Shown here one piece after another: positions 57,943 to 64,000 of a DNA stretch of 64,000 nucleotides. The notes beneath the pieces are model-generated. The model saw nothing but the letters and a program-made list of their open reading frames with translations. It was not told the origin of the DNA and made no database searches. Positions within the stretch are counted from its first letter, which is position 1. Each line of letters starts with the position of its first letter. Origin of the DNA: Candidatus Levyibacteriota bacterium. Lineage in GTDB: Bacteria > Patescibacteriota > Microgenomatia > Levybacterales > UBA12049. The position numbers were made by a program, and so were the translations under genes. The stretch covers positions 64,931 to 128,930 of the forward strand of contig DAIDHK010000003.1 in assembly GCA_027459725.1 (NCBI GenBank). The letters run 5' to 3'.

Positions 57943-59235
57943 TTAGCCTCCTGCTCCAACTCTTACAGCACCACCCCCACGTGGCCCTCCGCCAAAGATG
58001 TTGCGGCTAAAAGGTGATGTTGTGTTGTTTGACGATGCAGAACTACTATAACCAATGGCCACTGTCTGCCCTTCACTTAAACCGTTTATAATTTGAGTTT
58101 CGGTATCTGATGAGGCACCGATTTGAACTGTAGTGGGTGTTACAACTCCGTTATTCACAACATCCACAGTTGACACATTGCCGGTTGTTTGTACCGCAGC
58201 AGAAGGAACCAACAAAACATTGCTTAAGACACCAGTAATAATATTGGCAGTAACGCTCATATTAGGCAAGATTTGATTATTAGGAAGATCTAGAACAATA
58301 GTAGCAGGATAAGTGGTAACACCGGAGCTAACTGTACCTGTGGTATTAATACCAGTTACTTTTCCTGTGAAAGTTTGGTTTGGTAAGGCATCGAAAGTCA
58401 CTGTAGCTTTCTGACCTTCTTTTACTTTAGCTGCGTCAACTTCGGATAAACTGACTGAGATTACGGGGGTTCCACTGCTTTTTATGCTTGCAATAGTAGT
58501 TTGACTGGTACTGGTAGTTGATGTTGCCGCACTGGTAATCTGCATACCAGGAGCAATTACTAAGTCGGCAATAGTACCACTAGATGGTGTAGTTATTGTT
58601 GCTGATGAAGCCTGATAGCTGGTAAGAGCGTTGCTCTCTGCTGCTTGGTCCTGGGCAATGACTATCTGCTGATTCTTATATGCAGCTTCTGCCGCCAGCC
58701 ATGCATCCTGAGTAGTTATAAATTGAGGTAAAGTCCTATTTAGCGTGTTAGGACTGCCATCGGAGTTTTGATAAGTCGCGTTCGTAGATAAATCTAAATA
58801 GGTTTGCCATTTAGTAAACATATCTTCCTGTAATGTATAAAGCTGAGCCTGGGCACTAGCTAAAGCTGATTGAGCCCCTAAATAGGCTGCGTAAGTCTGA
58901 GTTTGTCTTTGTTGACCTGAGTTATCTAGATTCAAATCTGCAATAGTCTGTCCAGCTGAGACCTGATCTCCATCTTTGACTAAGACATCTTTAACAGTAC
59001 CACTGGCCTGAGTAGTTACAGCCAGACGGTTGGCTACAACTACCGAACCTGATTCTGTAACAGAGGTTACTAATGTTCCTTTAGTAGCCTGTGCCGTTTG
59101 ATAATTTGCTTGCTTTTGACCGCTGGGTAAATTAAGTGCCACTATAATAGCAATGATGACAACAATTACTGTAAAAACAGTGCGTCTAGTGGTCTTAAAC
59201 AGGAAATTTTTTATACCCAAGAGAATGTTTTTCAT
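57943..59235 (-). CDS. HlyD-family efflux periplasmic adaptor
   Basis: Paralog of 23307-24596. A long block 'YxDLxTNxTYxNxDGSPNTxNRxLPQFxTxQDxWLAAExxYKNQQxVIAxDQAA' is shared between the two. Gly-rich C-terminus. Confidence 0.75.
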   Translation of the reverse strand: MKNILLGIKNFLFKTTRRTVFTVIVVIIAIIVALNLPSGQKQANYQTAQATKGTLVTSVTESGSVVVANRLAVTTQASGTVKDVLVKDGDQVSAGQTIADLNLDNSGQQRQTQTYAAYLGAQSALASAQAQLYTLQEDMFTKWQTYLDLSTNATYQNSDGSPNTLNRTLPQFITTQDAWLAAEAAYKNQQIVIAQDQAAESNALTSYQASSATITTPSSGTIADLVIAPGMQITSAATSTTSTSQTTIASIKSSGTPVISVSLSEVDAAKVKEGQKATVTFDALPNQTFTGKVTGINTTGTVSSGVTTYPATIVLDLPNNQILPNMSVTANIITGVLSNVLLVPSAAVQTTGNVSTVDVVNNGVVTPTTVQIGASSDTETQIINGLSEGQTVAIGYSSSASSNNTTSPFSRNIFGGGPRGGGAVRVGAGG

Positions 59236-59287
59236 AACTATCTCATACTATATCTATAATTTCTGAATACTTGCTGAAATAGCTGAA

Positions 59288-60310
59288 CTATTCATTTGCA
59301 TCTATAGGCAGCATAACATTAAAGATTGTCCCCTTGGTACTACTTTTAACAGATATGGTCCCGTTATGCAAGGTTACAATTTTTTTTGCAATTGAAAGTC
59401 CCAGTCCATAACCGGAGATTTCCTGTTTTGTTCTGGATTGGTCTGCTCGGTAAAAGCGTTCAAAAATATGAGGCAAGTCATCAGGATCAATACCCATCCC
59501 ATGATCAGCTATTTTAATCGACACCTTATGATCAGCCCTCTCAGTGCTAACTTTAATTTTAGTTTTATTGTTGCTGTATTTAATAGCGTTATCAAGCAAA
59601 ATTATTATTAACTGTAATAAGCTTTGTTTGTCTCCCAAAACTTTATAATCTTTCACATTGCGCTCAATAATGATATCTTTTTTCTTAGCTTCAGAAGTAA
59701 TCTTTTTCACGGCTTCTTCGATTACTTGAGAAATGTAGACAGATGTAAAGATATTTTGTCCTTTGGATTTTTCAAGTTGAGACAACTGTAACAAGTTATC
59801 CGATAAAGATTGTAGGTGTATTACTTCTTCCAGATTACTCTGAAGGATTTTTTTGGTTTCTTCAGTCGAAATATCTTTCCCACGTAAATTAACTTCAATT
59901 TCAGATCTTAGAGCAGTAAGGGGAGTTCTTAGTTCATGAGAGGCATCAGTAATAAACCGATTCTGTTCATCTACCATAATCTGTATTGGTTTAAGGGTAC
60001 GTCCTGCCAGAAAATATCCTGCTCCTCCTGCCAAGACAAAAATACCTAAATTGAGCAATACCAGTGCCAGTTTAATTCTATTTTCCTCATCTTGTAACAA
60101 TTGTGGATCGATTTGTAATTGATCCAGATGGGGAGGGGCTGGAATTAGATCTGGGTTATCGAAATAATATAGTCGAAACTGTTGTTCGTGCAGACTGCGG
60201 ATTAATTCTGATTTTGCTTCATTATAAATTGCCACACTAAAGAGAATACTAATGCTCATTAAAATGAGCAAATACCAGGCCGTAAGTTTGATGCGTGCAG
60301 AGTGGAACAT
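59288..60310 (-). CDS. Two-component sensor histidine kinase
   Basis: H-box 'DASHELRTPL'; 'GYGLGLSIAKKIV'. Confidence 0.8.
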   Translation of the reverse strand: MFHSARIKLTAWYLLILMSISILFSVAIYNEAKSELIRSLHEQQFRLYYFDNPDLIPAPPHLDQLQIDPQLLQDEENRIKLALVLLNLGIFVLAGGAGYFLAGRTLKPIQIMVDEQNRFITDASHELRTPLTALRSEIEVNLRGKDISTEETKKILQSNLEEVIHLQSLSDNLLQLSQLEKSKGQNIFTSVYISQVIEEAVKKITSEAKKKDIIIERNVKDYKVLGDKQSLLQLIIILLDNAIKYSNNKTKIKVSTERADHKVSIKIADHGMGIDPDDLPHIFERFYRADQSRTKQEISGYGLGLSIAKKIVTLHNGTISVKSSTKGTIFNVMLPIDANE

Positions 60311-60346
60311 AGTGGATGTTTAAATTTCAGTATCTTAAATTTGAAA

Positions 60347-61039
60347 TTAGTTATTCTCCTTATCACTTATCATATACCCAAAGCCCCTCACAGTGCGAAT
60401 AAGTGCTATTTGTTCCGGGAAGATACGGTCAATTTTATTACGTAAATGAGTCATATAAACTTCTACTGTATTTGGCAGAATATCTGTATCATAATTCCAT
60501 ACATGATTTATAATCTGATCTTTGGTTATGACCTTATTAGCATGTCTCATCAGATACTCCAGTAAAGCAAATTCTTTTTGAGAAAGCGTAATAGATTTAT
60601 TTTGTCTCTCAACTTGAAAAGTTGAGGTATCAAGGGATAGATCTTTCACAGTTAATTTATTTTCTGCAGTTTTTTGCGGACGTCGCAGAAGAGCTCTTAC
60701 TCGAGCCAGCAATTCCTCAAAAGCGAATGGTTTTACTAAGTAGTCATCTGCGCCTGCATTCAAACCTTCGACTCGATCATTTAGCTGACCTTTAGCCGTT
60801 AGTAATAAAATAGGTGTATGGATTTGCCTACTGCGTAAAGTTGTACAAATGGTTAACCCGTCCATTCCGGGAAGCAGACGATCCAGGATAATTAAATCAT
60901 AATCTTCTCCTACAGCCAGGTCCAAACCCTGAGTTCCATCGTAAGCTACATCGGTAATATAGTTCTCCTGTTCGAGGCCTTTTTTAATGGAGTTGGCAAT
61001 TTTGTGCTCGTCTTCGACGATTAAAATTTTCACAGCCAC
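60347..61039 (-). CDS. OmpR-family response regulator
   Basis: Receiver plus winged-helix 'LSQKEFALLEYLM...VRGFGY'. Confidence 0.85.
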   Translation of the reverse strand: MAVKILIVEDEHKIANSIKKGLEQENYITDVAYDGTQGLDLAVGEDYDLIILDRLLPGMDGLTICTTLRSRQIHTPILLLTAKGQLNDRVEGLNAGADDYLVKPFAFEELLARVRALLRRPQKTAENKLTVKDLSLDTSTFQVERQNKSITLSQKEFALLEYLMRHANKVITKDQIINHVWNYDTDILPNTVEVYMTHLRNKIDRIFPEQIALIRTVRGFGYMISDKENN

Positions 61040-61123
61040 AGTATAGCAGATATAAGCTGAAAATTAGCTGATAAGAATGGTTGTTGATTTGGAAATAAAT
61101 AATAATTAAAAACCAGAACAATT

Positions 61124-62326
61124 TTATTTCTCAAAAAATTTTTTACCCTTCAGTTTGTCTGGTAGATAAGATTGTCCATCGTTTAGTCCAACACATTTTT
61201 CACTCCAGTTATAGCCTTGAGAATATTTCAACTCCTTCATGAGTTTAGTGGGTGCATTACGTAATGCTAAGGGAATAGGCAAGTTAGGATATTGAAAAAT
61301 AGCCTGCTTGGTCTTAGCAATTGCGTTGGGTACAGCACGTGATTTTTTAGCCGTTGAGAGATAGAGGCAGGTAGAGGTTAGAATTAACTGTGCTTCCGGC
61401 ATCCCTATTTTCTCTACTGCTTCAAAACAACCGTTAGCCTGAATTAAAGCCCCTCTATCTGCGAGTCCAATATCCTCAGCTGCGAAGATTAGCATGCGTC
61501 TGGCGATAAAAATAGGATCTTCACCATTTTCCATCATACGCAGCATGTAATATAGCGAAGCATCAGGATCTGATCCACGCATAGATTTGATAAAAGCACT
61601 GATTGTATTGTAATGTTCGTCGGCTTTTTTATCGTAAATACCCGCTGATTTATGCTGAAAAACTTCTTCGATAATTTGTGAAGATAGAGTTTTCTGTTTG
61701 TAATTAGTTACGGCAATTTCTAGCCCATTTAGCATTATTCTTGCATCTCCTCCTGAAAATTGTATTAAAAGATTTTTTGCCTCCGGCAGGAGATTCTTTT
61801 TATACTTTCCTAATCCACGATCAGAATCATTAAGTGCAAGCTCAATTAGTTTATCTAAATGATCTAAATTAAGATGCTCTAAAACAAAAACGCGACAGCG
61901 TGATAAAAGAGCGCTGTTTACTTCAAAGGAAGGATTTTCCGTGGTTGCGCCTATTAAAATAATATCTTCTTTTTCGACATAAGGGAGCAGTGCGTCCTGT
62001 TGTGATTTGTTCCATCGATGAATTTCATCCAGAAAAAGAATTGATTGCTTGTCGCTTATCTTATCATCTATAACTTCTCGTAGTATCTCCTGTAATTGTG
62101 CTTTACCTGCGTCAACTGCGGAAAGTTGATAGAAATGAGCATTTGTCTCACTAGCAATAATTTGCGCGAGAGTTGTTTTTCCGGTACCCGGTGGCCCCCA
62201 GAAGATCATGGAGAAAATCTGTTTCTCTTCAATCATCCTGCGAATAACTTTGCCTTTTCCGACTAAATGTTCCTGCCCAACAAACTCCTCAAGATTTCGT
62301 GGTCTCAAACGTGCGGCAAGATTCAT
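61124..62326 (-). CDS. rarA: Replication-associated recombination protein A (AAA+ ATPase)
   Basis: 'LRPRNLEEFVGQEHL...MIFWGPPGTGKTTLA...ILFLDEIHRWNKSQQDALLP'. Confidence 0.85.
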   Translation of the reverse strand: MNLAARLRPRNLEEFVGQEHLVGKGKVIRRMIEEKQIFSMIFWGPPGTGKTTLAQIIASETNAHFYQLSAVDAGKAQLQEILREVIDDKISDKQSILFLDEIHRWNKSQQDALLPYVEKEDIILIGATTENPSFEVNSALLSRCRVFVLEHLNLDHLDKLIELALNDSDRGLGKYKKNLLPEAKNLLIQFSGGDARIMLNGLEIAVTNYKQKTLSSQIIEEVFQHKSAGIYDKKADEHYNTISAFIKSMRGSDPDASLYYMLRMMENGEDPIFIARRMLIFAAEDIGLADRGALIQANGCFEAVEKIGMPEAQLILTSTCLYLSTAKKSRAVPNAIAKTKQAIFQYPNLPIPLALRNAPTKLMKELKYSQGYNWSEKCVGLNDGQSYLPDKLKGKKFFEK

Positions 62327-62349
62327 GAGTTCATTCTAGCATAAACAAT

Positions 62350-63912
62350 CTAATATATAAACGAATGTTTACTAAATTTACTAGCGATGTTATATTTGTA
62401 TTCTAAAAGAGAGAGATTTCCTTGGGACGTAAAAATAGTATTTATTTTATAAGGTTGTCCAAATTGTTTTTTAAGATCAACTAAGGAGCAGCCATTCAAT
62501 TCAGGTGTCAATTTTTTATTAAAATCTATAAGTAAGAAAGTTTTCTTTACTTTTTTATTGGTCATATACCATTGATCTGCACTTACCCAAAAATAAGGGT
62601 ATATTTTATGTTTATAACACACAACTTGTCGAAATTTTATTTTATTGTTAGATAAAAAGGTATTTATTGCAGCATTCCAATAACTAGTATAACCATAGTT
62701 AAAGTTGTTCCTATTTACAGCAGATATAATTTCATTATTATATAAGTACTGATTGGAGGTATTTTTTTTATAAAAAGTAGCGTTAATTGTTATAAAATTT
62801 AAAACTACAACTATAAAGATAATTGCACTAATTAATATACGTATTGTTTTTATAGGTAATTTAAATAATAAAAAAACAAGTCCAAAAGGCAAAATAAAAA
62901 ATATAAACATAAGGTATCTACTAGTGTCTAAGTCCGTAGTATTTACTGAAAATAAGTAAGCAGTAAAAGTTGCTAAAAAGCTAATTGGAATAACTCCTAA
63001 AATTATATCTTTTTTTATCCAATAAGCTTTTAGCATAAGAAAAATACCACAACTTCCTAAGACGAAGATAATGACTTTAAATAAATTAGTTAAGTAAAAA
63101 GATTTTTGGATTCCAATTATATATTCTATACCTTCAATTAGTAAATTTAAGTTTTTTATTAATTCTTTACCAGTAACTGTATTTTGGTTTATATTAAAAA
63201 TTACAAAAAGATTAGAATTTATTATAAAAAATCTTATTATATAGCTTAAAAGGCAGATAGAAATTAAGATCATAACTTCTTGTATATATCTATCATCTAT
63301 CTTTAGTTTCGATGCTAAAACTAATATTAGAGGAACTATAAATAAATAAAGGAAATATGGATCAGAAAGTATAACTAGTAATAATAAAACATATACTATC
63401 AAGCGAATAAACACTCTATTAGATTTTAATATCCTGTCATAATAAATTAATATAAGGAATATAATACCAAATTCTATATTTCTAATATAAGGCTGCGCTA
63501 ATAATGTATAAAATATCCAAGAGAAGTTTATCAGTAAAAAAATTGGCAAAAAATATATCTTATTTTTAGAGGCAATTTTTATTTTTATAAAGTATGAATA
63601 GAATATAAAATAGAAGACCAAAGTTAAAACCAGCGATATAAATATATTAGCAAATATTACTATATTAGGACTATTAAAAAAATACTGTGAAATTAGTGTT
63701 ATTGGATAATGCAATAAATATGTATCTAAATTAATGTATACTTTTGATTTAAAAAAGTAAGGAATAAGTATATTTCCCCATATGCTATCACTTGAAAATT
63801 TGTTAAACATTGAGGCGAAGAATGAATTGATAAAAATATTTGATAAAATCAGAAACAGAATGCTTTTATAAAGTACATTTGTTTTTTTATATTTATATGC
63901 TTTCTTTAACAT
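62350..63912 (-). CDS. Large polytopic membrane protein with a C-terminal soluble domain, possibly a GT-C glycosyltransferase or polymerase-like protein
   Basis: More than 12 TM helices; gene is very AT-rich. Confidence 0.45.
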   Translation of the reverse strand: MLKKAYKYKKTNVLYKSILFLILSNIFINSFFASMFNKFSSDSIWGNILIPYFFKSKVYINLDTYLLHYPITLISQYFFNSPNIVIFANIFISLVLTLVFYFIFYSYFIKIKIASKNKIYFLPIFLLINFSWIFYTLLAQPYIRNIEFGIIFLILIYYDRILKSNRVFIRLIVYVLLLLVILSDPYFLYLFIVPLILVLASKLKIDDRYIQEVMILISICLLSYIIRFFIINSNLFVIFNINQNTVTGKELIKNLNLLIEGIEYIIGIQKSFYLTNLFKVIIFVLGSCGIFLMLKAYWIKKDIILGVIPISFLATFTAYLFSVNTTDLDTSRYLMFIFFILPFGLVFLLFKLPIKTIRILISAIIFIVVVLNFITINATFYKKNTSNQYLYNNEIISAVNRNNFNYGYTSYWNAAINTFLSNNKIKFRQVVCYKHKIYPYFWVSADQWYMTNKKVKKTFLLIDFNKKLTPELNGCSLVDLKKQFGQPYKINTIFTSQGNLSLLEYKYNIASKFSKHSFIY

Positions 63913-64000
63913 AATTTTTAGTTGCTTTTAATATCACAAGCATTCCAAAATTGATAAATTCTATTTGCTCAATTTTAAATCCTGATTTTGTAATTAAATA

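Noticed and set aside
1-64000. CRISPR arrays, rRNA genes, reverse transcriptases or retrons, and alternative genetic code
   Set aside because: No short direct-repeat arrays were seen in intergenic regions. No rRNA-like conserved blocks. No reverse-transcriptase motifs (YxDD) in any ORF. TAA, TAG and TGA all terminate well-supported genes, so the standard code is in use

Overview
AT-rich bacterial chromosomal segment, compactly coded, with many 4-nt ATGA start/stop overlaps. The standard genetic code appears to be in use, because all three stop codons terminate ORFs. The left third (~640-22057) reads as a composite integrated mobile island abutting a tRNA-Asn(GTT) gene on the minus strand. It carries three large serine recombinases: one decayed copy, one internal, and one whose stop codon lies inside the tRNA 3' end. 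It also carries an IS481-family insertion sequence, an MmeI-like single-polypeptide (Type IIL/IIG) restriction-modification gene co-operonic with an excisionase-like HTH gene and a recombinase, a DUF5659/P-loop NTPase pair, a SpoVG-like gene and many hypothetical cargo genes. To the right is chromosomal backbone: an ECF sigma/anti-sigma pair, two paralogous HlyD-ABC (MacAB-like) exporter operons (one preceded by the ECF sigma/anti-sigma pair, the other lying directly downstream of a histidine kinase/response regulator pair), an ApbE/FMN-binding extracytosolic flavinylation cluster with a membrane FNR-like oxidoreductase, upp, an aldo-keto reductase, purH, a serB-serA-serC operon preceded by a Ser-codon-rich mini-ORF plus an intrinsic terminator (candidate attenuator), glnA, rarA, a VIT-family iron transporter, two NUDIX hydrolases, an MsbA-like ABC exporter and several polytopic membrane proteins. 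Several genes have near-consensus sigma70 promoters placed so that the mRNA would be leaderless. All functional calls are inferred by eye from motifs and remembered family signatures, not from database searches.
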